DNA from: Sphaerodactylus townsendi
Lineage: Eukaryota
Direction of reading: 5' to 3'
DNA length: 64,000 bases
Assembly: GCF_021028975.2 (NCBI RefSeq)
Contig: NC_059425.1
Span: 123,256,001-123,320,000 of the forward strand
Each line of letters opens with the position of its first letter. Positions within the stretch are counted from its first letter, which is position 1. The notes under the pieces are model-generated. The model searched no databases. It was not told where the DNA came from and worked only from the letters and a program-made list of their open reading frames with translations. Below, in pieces: positions 23,861-36,881 of the stretch. A program made the translations under genes and the position numbers.

Positions 23861-25741
23861 TATGTGTGATTTGATAGCACTATGTGCATATGTAAACAGC
23901 AGGACACATTTTCCCCACGTCAGTAAGCAACCCCAGCCTGCACCTCCCCAAATTCCCACATATGTTTTTCTTGCAAAGCAATACCAGTCTCCACATTTCT
24001 GAGGAGAAGTGCAGTAATTTTCAGGGGAAGCTGGACCTAATCATTCTGCTGGGAAGCAATAAGGAATGCAAACTGCGCACAAAAAGCACTGTGAGGGTGA
24101 GCCAAAACTCTCTCCCCAGGGGGATTAATCTGCCTCCTTCTGTTGCCATCTTCCATCAGTAGGTGAAGACTTTTCTGTTTCATTTGGCATTCCTTCAATA
24201 ATTGCTCCTTCCCAACCACTTTTCAGTGTTTTGAATATACTTTAACTCTCTTATATATTTTTTAATTCTGATTTTTAATTTTTTTAATGAAAAGTTGTTT
24301 TAATGAAGTATGTTTGAGAAGGGGTTATTTTAATGGTTTTCTAATGTACTTTTCACATATGTTTTAAATTGTTAGATGCCTTGGTGGTCCTCATAGGGGC
24401 AGAAAGGCAAGATATACATTTTATCAATAAATGAAAATAAAATAAAAATAAGTGATGATATATGCTGCTCATTTAATTGTTATATGTAACTGGAAAATGA
24501 ATATTGAAGGCAGAATACTTTTGAGTTGACAATAATTGAAACTGCTCTTTCAGGGTTATGTCCTGCCTTTTCCACTGATGGATATTGTAACGGAAAGCAC
24601 ATGTGTCTTAGACATGAAGCATCTTCATATTGATTTTTCTACCTTTCTTCCAATTAGCTCATCCACTTCTGTACCCTGTACCATTCCTTGAGCAGAGTGT
24701 TTTTATTGCCAAGAATAGCCTGTGCTTTTGTCTTCTTCCAAAGCAGGAGCTGTAGAAAATCATAACACTAGATGGGCTGCCAGGGCAATCTTTTAATTCC
24801 TGTTTTATTATCAATCACAGTGATTTATACCTTAGGTAGTCAGTGAAACCAGATAACTATTTGATTTGATTGCATGACCAAGGAAGCTGCCTTATGAGTC
24901 AAACCATTGGTCTGTTAAGGTCAGTGCATTCTCCTCTGGTTCTTCAGGGTCTCAGAGACCTTTTGTATTACCTACTCCCTATGGCTGCCAACAGGCCTCA
25001 GGGAATAGTGCCCTGTTTCTTTAACAGAGATTTAGTATGTGGAAATGGGCAGCTGAAACATTTGGTCAATAATATCCCATTAAGCCTTGTTGAAGGGGGC
25101 AAGGCCCTTTTTCTTCTGGCAGTTGGAAACCCTAGCACTACCTGATCCTTTTGGAGATGCAAGGGCCCTGTTATTTACCTGGTCATGTTAATTAGCTCTG
25201 TGTTTCAGCTGCCAACATTAAGTCTCTGTTAAAAGGACAGGTCACCTTTTTTCCTGGTCTCCATTTGGAGAAAATATTCTAGATATATTGATAGTAGTCA
25301 TTGACATAATCATACAGTGGATCACAACAAGCTTTAATCAAACTGTATCACCAATAATGCAAATTGCATACAGGAATCTGGTTAGAAAGTCTTCTAAAAT
25401 ATGAATTAGAACATTTTCTATGCTGTGTGAATCTTTCTCAGGTTTGAGTGTGTAAAAGGAAGAAGAAAATTAGAAGAATTCAAATTCTCATCCCCACATA
25501 GAATATCTGTTCAGCTGAAGATATTTGTAAGAAGTTCATAAATCTGTAGAAGTCCCTGAGTCTGCTTAATTTGTTAAACTTGTCAATAATAACACTTCAC
25601 TTAATCAAACTTCAAGCAGCTTCACCCAGTCCAAATTATTAGATTGCTTTTTTTCAATCCTTTCTGCAACTTCTTTTCAGTGCAGTGCAGTTCAAAAAGG
25701 ACAATCCCTCTGTTTGATTCTTTACTTCCTTTTTAAACCAG

Positions 25742-25867
25742 GAGATTGATGGCAATGCTTTGTTGCTACTGAAGAGTGACATGATCATGAAATACCTGGG
25801 CCTGAAGTTGGGACCAGCGCTGAAACTCTGCTATCACATTGATAAACTGAAGCAAGCCAAGTTCTGA
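25742..25867 (+). CDS. SCML4: SCML4 last coding exon (C-terminal SAM domain and stop codon)
   Basis: Polypyrimidine tract plus ccag|GAG, phase 0. Translates as [41 protein letters not shown], with TGA at 25865-25867. This is the characteristic SCML4 C-terminus. It is too short to appear in the ORF track. Confidence 0.96.
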   Translation, partial: EIDGNALLLLKSDMIMKYLGLKLGPALKLCYHIDKLKQAKF

Positions 25868-27034
25868 CACTTTCTAAAAACACCAGACAGTCCTGATGTA
25901 ATGTGAGAAAGTAGATGAAAGGTAACATGCTGCCTTACAGAAATAGATCCATTTTCAAACTGTTTTCTCCTTGTTTTGTACTGAGAACTTTGTCTTTATA
26001 AAAGGTTACATTTTCACCTTTTTTATCTGGGGGTGGGGGAAGTCTGTTTAACAGGTTTGTGTTGAATAATATTCCAAAAAGTATATAATGATAAGTATTT
26101 TCTATTATTCATATTATTACTGTTGTTATTATTAATATTATTATTGTTGAGTCCTATTTTTGTAATCAGTCACAAGCAGAAATTTTCTAGATGGGAGGAT
26201 TTATTGGGAGGTTTTGGGAAACTTCAGCTTTGCACAAGCATGCTCATTACAGCATCTAGAGCTGATTTTCCAGCTTGAATGAGCCATCACAGATAGAACT
26301 TTCTTACTGTGCCAAATGCAGTTTTATTCCATGTACAAATAACAGTAGGTCATCTAATGCTGAGTGATCAAATAACCATATTTGAACTAGACTATAGACT
26401 ACTTCTGTGGCACAATCATTGATATTTTCATATGACAGAAAGTATTTTATCCTAGCAGCCTGGGAACAAGGGAGGGGTAAGAAATCATAAAATCTATCTT
26501 GGTGTTGCGAAGATATGAATGCCTGAAACATTGCTGTCCTTTATATGATATCCTGCTAATCAAATAATTATGAGCCTCATGGTTTAAATCATAACTGGTT
26601 AACAATTACATGCACCATCTGTGAACACTCTAAAAGAGATTGCTAAATTAGCTGTTTTGGGGGGAGGTGTTATGAGTTCTCACACTACTGCTTGGGAACT
26701 ATAATGCAAGTGTGATGAAGACAATATGCTGTCCAGGCAGTCATTTGATTTTGTACCGTTGAAGGCTTTTGTGGCCAGAATCAATGGACTGTCTTGGGTT
26801 TTCCAGGCTGTGTGGCCAGGGCCTGATAGTTTTTGCCCTAATGTTTTACCCGCATCTATGGCTGATCGGTGCTTTAACATCTTCCATATTTACCAGCATG
26901 AATCCCCTAGTGGCAGAGGAGGGAAAGGCAGCAGAAGTTCAGATATTGTATTGTCTAGTAAATTACATTCCCATTTAGCAAAGAGCTATAGTCAGTTTCA
27001 ACAGTCAGAACAATTTCATCAAGTCTATTTAAGA

Positions 27035-27520
27035 CAGTGATGGTGAACCTTTTTGAGACCGAGTGCCCAAATTGCAACCCAAAACCCACTTATTTATTGC
27101 AAAGTGCCAACATGGCAATTTAACCTGAATACTGAAGTTTTAGTTTAGAAAAAACGGTTGGCTCTGATGGGTGCGTTACTCAGAAGTAAGCTTCGTGGTA
27201 GTCGGTGGCTTTGCTTTGAAGCAACCGTGCATCTCTTTCAATGGGTGAATCACGACCCTAGGAGGGTTTACTCAGAAGCAAGCCCCATTGCCAGCAACCG
27301 AACTTACTCCCAGGTAAAGGATTGTGCTTTTGTTCTTTGCATGAAAATCAGTGGGGTTTAACAGCGCTTAACAGGGTTACCTACACTGCTTCCCCAAAAC
27401 TTGGTCTTAGGTTTAATGCTAATAATTGAGCCCAGCAGCCCTGGCCAGCCTAGATGTGTGCCCACAGAGAGGGCTCTGAGTGCCACCTCTGGCACCCGTG
27501 CCATAGGTTCGCCACCACTG
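27035..27520. mobile_element. hAT (Charlie/Buster-type) MITE, 486 bp
   Basis: TIRs CAGTGATGGTGAACCT / AGGTTCGCCACCACTG. Perfect 8-bp TSD atttaaga at 27027-34 and 27521-28. Confidence 0.92.
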
Positions 27521-28491
27521 ATTTAAGATATTAAAGTAATCAACACTGGACCATGTGCCAAAAGTGATTACTGGTCTCAGCTTGCCTAATCTGATGACTG
27601 CCAATCAAAGAGGTGCAAAACAGCCTGTAAGCTTGAAATACATCTTTTTGTTTCATTGCAAATGGATGAATGGTTTTATGGAAAGGGTAATGAAATGAAA
27701 ATAAAATGAGCATTGCAACTAATTTTTTAAAACTTTGCAGCATCACTGTCAAAGTATCTCTCTGGTGTCATCAGAGCCACAAAAACTTCTACATGAATCA
27801 ACTTCACATATCCAGAAGAATGTGGGTTATAGGTTTGCAGTGTTATTCGAGTTTGCAGTGTTTCTCTGGGAGGAAACATGGATAAAGTGACTTTTCCAGG
27901 GTGTATTGCAAAAACCTTAGAAGTGACATGGACATTCAAAACTGGCCAGCATCTGAGTCCAGCTTTTCTTCTTGTGAACTGAATCCAGAGGAAAGGTATT
28001 AGTTGCACTGGAGCCTCTATATTCATTGAACTATCTGAGTTTCCAATACAGCTTAGAGCAACTTCCCTGAGTTATATTTCTCCTTCAGCCCAATACAGAA
28101 TTATAACATCTACACATGTGCTCTAGATTCACAGACAGTTGATTTTGCTCATTGGTCCCAGAAAATATTCCTGGCCTGGCACTACATTTTTTTTTATCAG
28201 TCTTGTTGCTGGGAATGATGAGAATGGATTGTGCAAAGCCAGCCAACATCTTAACAAACTGCTTTCCTTCTAAAACCTGTCCTGTTTGGCAGTTGCATGG
28301 AATTAAAATTTTAGAAAAAGTGGAATTAGCCCAGGAAGGGAAAATTGCTATTGTTTTTTAAATGGCATGTATAGATTCATAACATCATTAAATCTAGAAG
28401 AAGAAAAAAAAGTTTTAGGTTTGTCTTGTGACTGAAGCAGCAGGACGCTAAAAAACAGTATGTTACTGTGCATATCAATAGTAGGCAGAGT

Positions 28492-28899
28492 ACATAAGAA
28501 CATAAGAACAAGCCTGCTGGATCAGACCAGAGTCCATCTATCCAGCACTCTGCTACTCACAGTGGCCCACCAGATGCCTTTGGGAGCTCACATGCAGGAT
28601 GTGAAAGCAATGGCCTTCTGCTGCTGCTGCTCCTGAGCAGGATCAAGATTGGTAGCCATAGATCGAGGTCTCCTCCATAAATCTGTCCAAGCCCTTTTTA
28701 AAGCTATCCAGGTTAGTGGCCATCACCACCTCCTGTGGCAGCATATTCCAAACACCAATCACACTTTGTGTGAAGAAGTGTTTCCTTTTATTAGTCCTAA
28801 TTCTCCCCCCCCCCCCCCAGCATTTTCAATGGATGCCCCCTGGTTCTAGTATTGTGAGAAAGAGAGAAAAAATTATCTATGTTAACATTTTCTACCCCA
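28492..28899 (-). mobile_element. CR1 LINE 3' fragment
   Basis: Reverse complement of the 60884-61348 copy with an internal deletion and an (acataaga)n tail. Confidence 0.88.
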
Positions 28900-30324
28900 G
28901 GTTTCCTCCCAGTAACATAATCAAATAAAGTCACAGATAGAGTAGGGCTGATCATTAAGAAATATATAGAAGTAAATGTATATTGTTTTAAATTTGATAA
29001 TCAAGTCATTGTCTTTACAAAATACTGTGGATTTGGTTTATTTTATTTTAATATATAGTATAGCAGTCATCCTCTGGATACTCTTCAGGGCAGCAGATGA
29101 TCCACTGCCCATCACTTGTATCATTCCCAGTCAAATCATAGTGAGATTTATTCATAGATGCAGTAACAAAAGCAAAGCAAACACATAAACATTTTTGTGC
29201 TTACTTAGCTATTCATCAAAACCTGTTGGAGTGAGTTTAATTAACTGAGACTGTGAAGCAAAACTCCAGCAACATTCTGTAACCCTATGTTAGCTTTGCT
29301 TTTTTATGTAGAAAGAACTATCTCCCCAGGGTTTGACTTTGAATTTTCATCAGCCTGGTGCCATGGTGCCAGGTAGGCCTTTTTCTCAGGAAGGCTTCTG
29401 ATCTGACTATTGGAGAATTGATTGGCTGTGTGGATTTTTAAAAAAATGTTGCTTTGGCAGCAGGTGCCAAGACAGCCCAGGGATCTTATTGTATTGCTGA
29501 AGTTAAGCTGTGGAAATAATTTTGAGGCTGGCTCTACCTTCTTCAACAACCGTTTTGTGGCACCCATTTTGATGCTGTACCTGCTATGCTGTGACAGAAT
29601 TCTAAAGGAGGCCACAGAAAAATCAAAAAGACTGGGCACCCCGGCTGTAAAGTCATTCCTTCATTGCTCCCTAGCTCATCTTGTTTTGCTTCTGGCAGAC
29701 TGTTCTATAGTCCTAGTCACCACGTTTTTTGAAGATACACTGCAACTATATATTGTTAAATTGATAATTGAATATTGTTATAATATAGCAATGTGTATAA
29801 TGGGGAAAGACATATATCCACAATGAAAGGAGCTAGATATTTATTTCTGAAAAAAATGAAAGCTGAGTATTCATGTAACCTGATACCCATATGGTTAGAA
29901 CAATATAGTAATATTCAGTTACCATTTTTTAAAAATGAAAAGTTCTGATGTTTGGGTATGATGATGGAGGTCAGTCCCAGGGATGGCAACAAGGGAAGCT
30001 GTGGGGAAACCTGCCAAGAAGAAGCCCTATTGCCGCTGCTGAGTCAGAGTGGCTAAAGCAGCAGCAGGGAAATTCCTAAAGCCCATCTCTGCACAGATAA
30101 CGTTAGAACTGTGCACCATTTTTCCCCATATATTTTTGGGGGAGGGGGGAATTTGATTTAAAAGACCCAGACATTTTTGGAAAAGTTGAAAAAAGCAGAA
30201 TCTCCCCATATCAGTATGGGTTTCCCCCTGTTTTCTTCCATTTGTTTCCAAAAATGTTTGGGTCTTTTAAACTTGATATTGAAAAGTTCCCAGCTACAGA
30301 GCTGAATGCTGGACTCAGCTGAGT

Positions 30325-30651
30325 TATGAACCCTCAAAGATGTAGCCCCTATCTCCTATTAGCTCCCATTGGAAACAATGGGGGATGGGGACACTCCCTT
30401 TGGGAGTCCATAACTTTGGACTCCCTGAACCAAACCTCACCAAACCTGGGTGATATCATCAGGAGAGTCTCCCGAAAAATTCCTGAAATTTTGATGCTGC
30501 TAGCCTAAAAACTGCACCCTCTGCAGACAAAAAACTAAAAAAAACACCGAAAATACAAAAAATCCCACAAACGAACCTGCAGTTTTTGCGCCCCCCACAA
30601 GGCAGTGCCCTGGGCAACTGCCCACTTTGCCCAATGGGAGGAATGCCTCTG
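30325..30651 (-). mobile_element. Truncated copy of the 15155-16318 DNA transposon family
   Basis: Reverse-complement similarity to ~15165-15470. Ends gcctctg. Confidence 0.7.
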
Positions 30652-31966
30652 CTCCTTTGATTATTAATTCTGGGTATTTTCTCCATTGTATGCTGAAGTA
30701 GCAGTTCCATTACTACAGTAGTTCACTAATTTGCTAATTAGTTCATTTGTACAATTTCACTGAAATTACAGAATTGGACCAGCACTAGCCACCCAGTGAT
30801 CCTATTAACAAGATTTGTCATGAGGCCATAACCTATATTCTTAAAGTCTGACTGAGTGCCACTTCCTAATTTGATTCCATAGATAGTATAAAACAGGTGT
30901 GGAAAATTGATATTCTTTCAAGTCTTTGTGTACAAAAGGTCGGTTGATGTAGGTTGGCCAAAGAGTTGTCCATATTCAGGAATCTTGAATATGTTGCCGC
31001 CTGAACCCTTTCTCTTTAGTTTTGTTCTTGCTGTTCTTTTGTTATCTGCTATGTGCATGAAAAGAATGTGTATTCAAAAAAAAATCAAGAAAACAAGATC
31101 TCAACATTTCTGAACAGTAAAAAAACAAGCAGGCCCTATAGCTAGTGTGCACAATTTTTAAAAAAGTATACCAAACTACTGACTTTTGTACAGATAGTAA
31201 ATGAGTACCATTTTAAAAAATCTTCTATGAAGGTTTGTGAAGCCTTAATAGTGAATGTTGTAGGGTAGGATTAAAAATAAGAAAAACAGAGACGCTTTAA
31301 TAAAAAAACCCAACCTTGATGTAAGACATTTAGGAACCAAAAATTCTAGTGGCAATATTGCAATTAGAACACAGTTTCCCCCTCACAAGCCTCGTTAAAG
31401 GGGGGCATTAAATTGCTGCTTTGTGTCAAACTGTTTCTTCTGTGCAGATGATAAGGAGTCAGAAAATGCCTTTCATTTCTAAATTAGGTGTTATTTCAGA
31501 CATGGCTTGTACAAATTACTTCGCTTGTTAGGCCATCCTTTCACTTTTATTTTAGATTGCAGCCAATCAAGTTATGTTTTTGACTTGTTCTAGTTTTGTA
31601 TAGGCCCTCCAACTCAATTATACTTGCCTGTTTTCTTTTATGAAAGGGCTCTGTTAGATCAAAAGTTGTAGCTTGAAGCAAATTTTTATAATGTTATGAA
31701 CATCCCTTTTCTTATAGAATTTAAGAGTTCAGCACTAAGGAAGAAGGGTGTCATCTGTAGTAAGATGGAGATGAATTTTCACTGTTTTCCATTTGTAAAT
31801 AGCTTGGAAGCATGCAAGCGTCTGAGCTTCAGCCAACCCATATGTGCCTAAGCTAAGCATCAGGTAGATAACAGAGCTCCAGAGATGAATCCCATGATAG
31901 GAAAATACCTTGAGGGCTGGTGGAAGGAGAAATCCCACTTCTTATGATGCAGATAGAAATTCTATT

Positions 31967-32211
31967 GTATTGTCGAAGGCTTTCACGGCTGGAATCACTG
32001 GGGTGCTGTGTGGTTTTCTGGCTGTTTGGCCGTGTTCTAGTAGCATTTTCTCCTGACGTTTCACCTGCATCAGTGGCTGGCATCTTCAGAAGATCCTAAA
32101 TATGATCCTAAATATGGTCCTCTAAAGATGCCAGCCACAGATACAGGTGAAATGTCAGGAGAAAATGCTACTAGAACACGGCCGTGCAGCCCATAAACCA
32201 CACAACACCCC
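31967..32211. mobile_element. Penelope-like element 3'-end fold-back with 12-bp TSD
   Basis: Head-to-head inverted copies of the gacgtttc..ctgcat..ggctggcatcttcaga motif, terminus gaaagccttcgacaatac on the minus strand. Flanked by agaaattctatt at 31955-66 and 32212-23. Confidence 0.8.
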
Positions 32212-33049
32212 AGAAATTCTATTCTTACCAGCCTTGAGATGGCAAGGGAGAATCCTTTTGAAGTGCCACTCATGGAAGCTTATTCTAAAATTAGGTTTCC
32301 ATTCCTCATAGGAATGTTGGGGTGTACTCTAAATGTTGAACATTTGTTTAGCCCAAGAAGAGAAAGATTTCTTATAGCCCAATTTGGACTGGGGGGGTGG
32401 GGCAGGTTGTGAAGTAGCAGGGGCCTGTGCCATTGTGTTTGCCCACTCCGCCAGCACCTATGCTGGTGGAAAGAGCAAACACACCAGCAGACAAGCGCTG
32501 TACATCTCTGTGGAGCCCAAACCTGGAAAGGCCCACTGCCCTGAAGCTATGCCAGTGTAGGAGAGCATGCCAGCGCAGCAGGGTGAGGCAAGGATGTTCC
32601 TGGGGGTGGAGCCAACTTTAGTCAGCTTCTATCAGGGTTTCAGCCCGAGAATGCCACTCTCCCCTCCCTGCAGACTTGTGCCACTGGAAAGTGTGGTGTA
32701 AGTCCTTCTTTCCAATAAGGCTTTTTGGGCAGCAGGTTTCTCAGTACTGCCTGAAACCCTTTTGGAGGTAACACAGCACCACCTTTACAGCACTGTTCCC
32801 AACCACTGCAAAGCCCCCCCACTCCAAATCTGGGGCTATCTTATGAATCTGCTTCCAACATTTCAAGGTTGTCTGAGTAACTGTAAATGAGGCATCTTGG
32901 GAAGGGCAGAGTTTTGGTTTCCTAGATGTTCAGGAAATACACATAGGGCTGAATATTTTGATGACTCCCCTACTGAAGCTGTAGGCATTGTGAAATGGCA
33001 GTAGCAGATCAAGAAGCCCATTAATGTGATTAAGCTGCCTTTAAGCACG

Positions 33050-33854
33050 GGCAGGGAAACCGCTCTGCCCCAGGGGGCAGGCTCCGTAGGGCAGAGGGGG
33101 AAAGGAAGTGGCGCCCTGCTTGGTGCCTCCGGCTCTCATGCCATAGGAGCTGGGGGCGCCGAGCAGGGAACCCCCTCTGCACCACGGAGGAGGCAGCCGG
33201 CTCCTCCATAGGGCAGAGGGGGGGAATGAAAATGGTGCCCCGCTTGGTGCTGGCGCCAAGCAGGAAACCCCCTATGTACCATGGAGGAGGCAGCCGCCTC
33301 CTCTGAAGGGCAGGGGGGGAGTGGAAATGGCGGCCCGCTCGGTGCCGCTGATAGCGCCAAGCGGGAATCCCCCCTCTGCCCTACAGAGGGGAGTGGAAAT
33401 GGTGCCAAGCGGGAACCCCCCCTCTGCCCTATGGAGGAGGAGGCCGCCTCCTCCGTAGGGCACAGGGGGTAGTGGAAATGGCGCCCTGCTTGGTGCCACT
33501 GATGGCGCCAAACGGGAACACCCCTCTGCCCTAGGGAGGAGGCAGCTGCCTCTTCTGTAGGGTAGAGGGGAGAATGGAAGTGTTGCCCCACTTTGTGCCT
33601 CCGGCTCTCACTCTGTGGGAACCGGCAGCCCTTAGCAGGGAAATACCCCTCTGCCCCACCAGAGCATGGTGTCCCATGGGACAGAGGGGGTGATGGTGGT
33701 CTCCACGTTTCTGCACCCCCATGGGTGCCTCAGCCACCCCCACTCACTATCATACAGGATAAGGTAAGTGGTGGTGCGTGGGCGGCACGGGAGCCATGGG
33801 GGGCGGAAAACGTGGAGTCTGTCCCGAGTGCAGCTTTGCCCAGCTACGCCTCTG
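33050..33854. repeat. GC-rich minisatellite within a hAT-like non-autonomous element
   Basis: About 6-7 diverged 60-100 bp units (agggcagagggg..ggaaatggcgcc..cccctctgccct..ggaggcagcc). Ends cagctacgcctctg, like the other ...gcctctg elements. Confidence 0.7.
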
Positions 33855-34327
33855 GCGGGGAGAGCCTGGCTAAAGCAGTGTATGGTGAGGAAACTCAAAA
33901 GGGATGTGATAGCTGAGACTCAACCCTCCGAATCAGCTATTTTATTCAAAGAACTGATCTCCCAAATCTGGAGATCAGTTGTAATTGCCAGAGGTCTCCA
34001 TGCTACATCTGTAGATTGACAACCCCATTCTAAACACATAGATTTTTAATTAGCTTAGTCCTGGGCCTACATTCCCTATATAGGAGTGTGGTGTTAGAGG
34101 TTTTTTTAGCTTTGACTTTTCACACTGACTTGTGATCCTTCCAGTTACACCTCCGCATCTCTTCCAAGTCACTCTTCCTTCAGCACTACAATGGCTATAA
34201 TGCTTGGTGTAATTAGCAATGAAAGCACAGATACTTTTCAGCTATAGAAACAGTGAAGAACCAATGTAGTAACATTTGGGCGGCTTTTCTAGAATGGTTT
34301 AAATCTCCCTGTCAGTATACTAGATAC

Positions 34328-34514
34328 NNNNNNNNNNNNNNNNNNNNNNNNNNNNNNNNNNNNNNNNNNNNNNNNNNNNNNNNNNNNNNNNNNNNNNNNN
34401 NNNNNNNNNNNNNNNNNNNNNNNNNNNNNNNNNNNNNNNNNNNNNNNNNNNNNNNNNNNNNNNNNNNNNNNNNNNNNNNNNNNNNNNNNNNNNNNNNNNN
34501 NNNNNNNNNNNNNN
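34328..34514. other. Assembly gap (187 N)
   Basis: Run of N. Confidence 1.
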
Positions 34515-36375
34515 ACCCCCGAAGGGCTCTGGGCGGTGTACACTGGGCCAAACATACAATGGCCAAAACAACATACACCAAAAAATCAGTTAAAACAAGT
34601 TAAAACAATATACAACAATTCATAAAACTAGCAGCATCAATACAATATACATAACAGCAAGATTATAAAAGTATATGTAGTGTCGGTGCTGTGTGATTAG
34701 ATGACTGCAGCTCTGGTGAGAGGATCCAACTGATACTGGAGACATTGGGGAGATATAACTAAAATAGAGGGGTAGGTATAGGATAGGGTTATCAGTCTTG
34801 GGTTGGGAACTTCCTGGAGATTCGGGGAGGGGGGCAGTGCATGGTGGCAGAGTTTGGGTGAGAGAAGGTTCAGCAGGGATATGGTGCCATGGAATCTGTC
34901 CTCCAGAGCTACTGTTCCTTCAGGGGAACTTGTCTCTGTAATCTGGGAATTTGTCCTAGTTCCACGAGAGCTCCAGGCCACACCTGGAAGTTGGTAATTC
35001 TACTATGGAAAGGTGGAACTTTATTGCTCATTCACTGAGATAGCAGTACTAGATATCTCCAGGTGGTTAGTTTGCAGCAGTGAAATAAAACAGGAATCCA
35101 GTGACAATTTTAAAACTGCATTTGACAAAGTGACTGAATGTTGTTAATCTTCTGGATGATGATCTGTGTTTTATTTTTCAGCACTCAGTATATGATTGTA
35201 GAAGTTTATTATAAACTGGTTATTTATTATGAAACTAATCAAGTTTAAATTTGTGAAAGGCATGGAGCTTTTAGTAAGTCCTGCACACAGTGAAGCTGTG
35301 CCAGTGAGGATAGCTGGCGGTATATTAAATGAACTCAGTTAAGTCTGCCAAGCAGATCCTTAGAGATGTTTTTTTACCCCATGTGTATCCCATTATACCT
35401 ACCTACCTAAGTATGGGAAGGAAAAGAACAAGAGGGGGAGCAACTATTTTGTGGTGCCATTCCGATTTTTTATTCAAACTGAGCAAGTTCCATGGGAGAA
35501 GTCTGCACAACCTGCCTCCCCTTGTAGTGATTGGGTCATTTAAATATTCTTCCAGCTGTGCAAGAACCACTAAAGAATAAGCCATTTCATCACAGCTGGG
35601 GAAACATTCAGAGGCACCTGTCTCTCCCTGAAAAGAAGTTTTACTAATCTTGAATCCAGGATTCAAGGCATGAACCCAAGTGTCATAATTTTTACGTTAT
35701 ACAATTAGGCTGAAGATGATAGGAATGGCAAATCCATTCATGAGAAAGATGTGTATAAATCTGCATAGGGCTTTTTTTAATGGCACTGGAAAATTGCAGT
35801 ACAGGTTGCTTTGATTCCTTGCACTGGTAACATGTTGCCGTATAAAACCCAGTTGTTCATGGGCAATTGGAAATGGATTCTTTTGGAAACCAGAAATTTT
35901 TACTCAACCAAAAAAAAAATCACTTTCATTCATTACCATAAATTAAATATTATGGAAACAAGTCTGCTTACAATTTGCCTTGTGCAATTTGTGCTAATGC
36001 TAATAAGCAACAGCTGTGAGGTTTCCTTGTACACTTCTTTTATGGCTGTAGTTTTATTATCACACATGTACAGAGGAAATATGAAAAATGCCTTCTGTCT
36101 CTCCCTTATTCCATTTCTTCACAGATGCCAGAAATTCCCTCAACTCCAAATCAGATTTAGGAAAATGTTTAGTTAAAAGATGTCTACCTCCCCTTCCCTT
36201 CAGCCTGTCTCTAACAAAATGCTTAATTTGGAATTTTCAGGTGTATGTACACATTATACCTGTGTTACTTTCTCAGCACAAATTATTGTGTAATCTGTTG
36301 ATAGTCAAAATATTAAGGCAAACAGATAACATTTGTTCTTTACACAGTGCCTGAGCAACCTATGCATTTGGAGGG

Positions 36376-36881
36376 TGTTGGAAGATCCACACCTGGTGCG
36401 TGTGTATCCCTTGAAAATTAGCAGAGTGGCCCAGAGGCTTAACACAGGGAAGCTTACCTGGGTACAAACACGTGGTTGAGCTTGCTAGAGAGAACTTCAG
36501 ACACAAAAGAAAAACAGAGTCATTTGTAGTTTCTTATCTAATAAAAAGAGTATTTATTAGTGAACTCCATTCTGGATAGAAAGGTGGAGAAATAGGTTCA
36601 CTATCTAGTCTAATCTAGCTGGATGGAGGCGGATGCGTAGGAGACACATCCTCTCCCTAGGCATGGTGAAAGTAAGAGTAATGGAGAGTGTCCGAGAAGA
36701 AGGCGGAAGCAAGGGAGGAAGTCCCTAAGAGTATCAGTCTACATCAAAGTGATAGTCATAGCATGATAGAGTAAAGGTGACAAATTCCTAAGTCCCTATA
36801 TCTAGCCACTCAGCTTCTCATGAAGTAAAACCCTCTGTAGGATGAGGCAGGAAACAGCGATATAGTCCCTTTCTTCCAACT
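36376..36881 (-). repeat. Copia 3' LTR
   Basis: Direct repeat of 40523-41026, adjacent to the polypurine tract (minus strand gagagggggggg, ~36884-36895). Confidence 0.93.

Larger units (their letters stand above)
25868..28930 (+). other. SCML4: Putative SCML4 3' UTR (end uncertain)
   Basis: Follows the stop codon and is AU-rich. AATAAA occurs at 27700 and 28924. The true poly(A) site cannot be determined from sequence alone. Confidence 0.35.
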
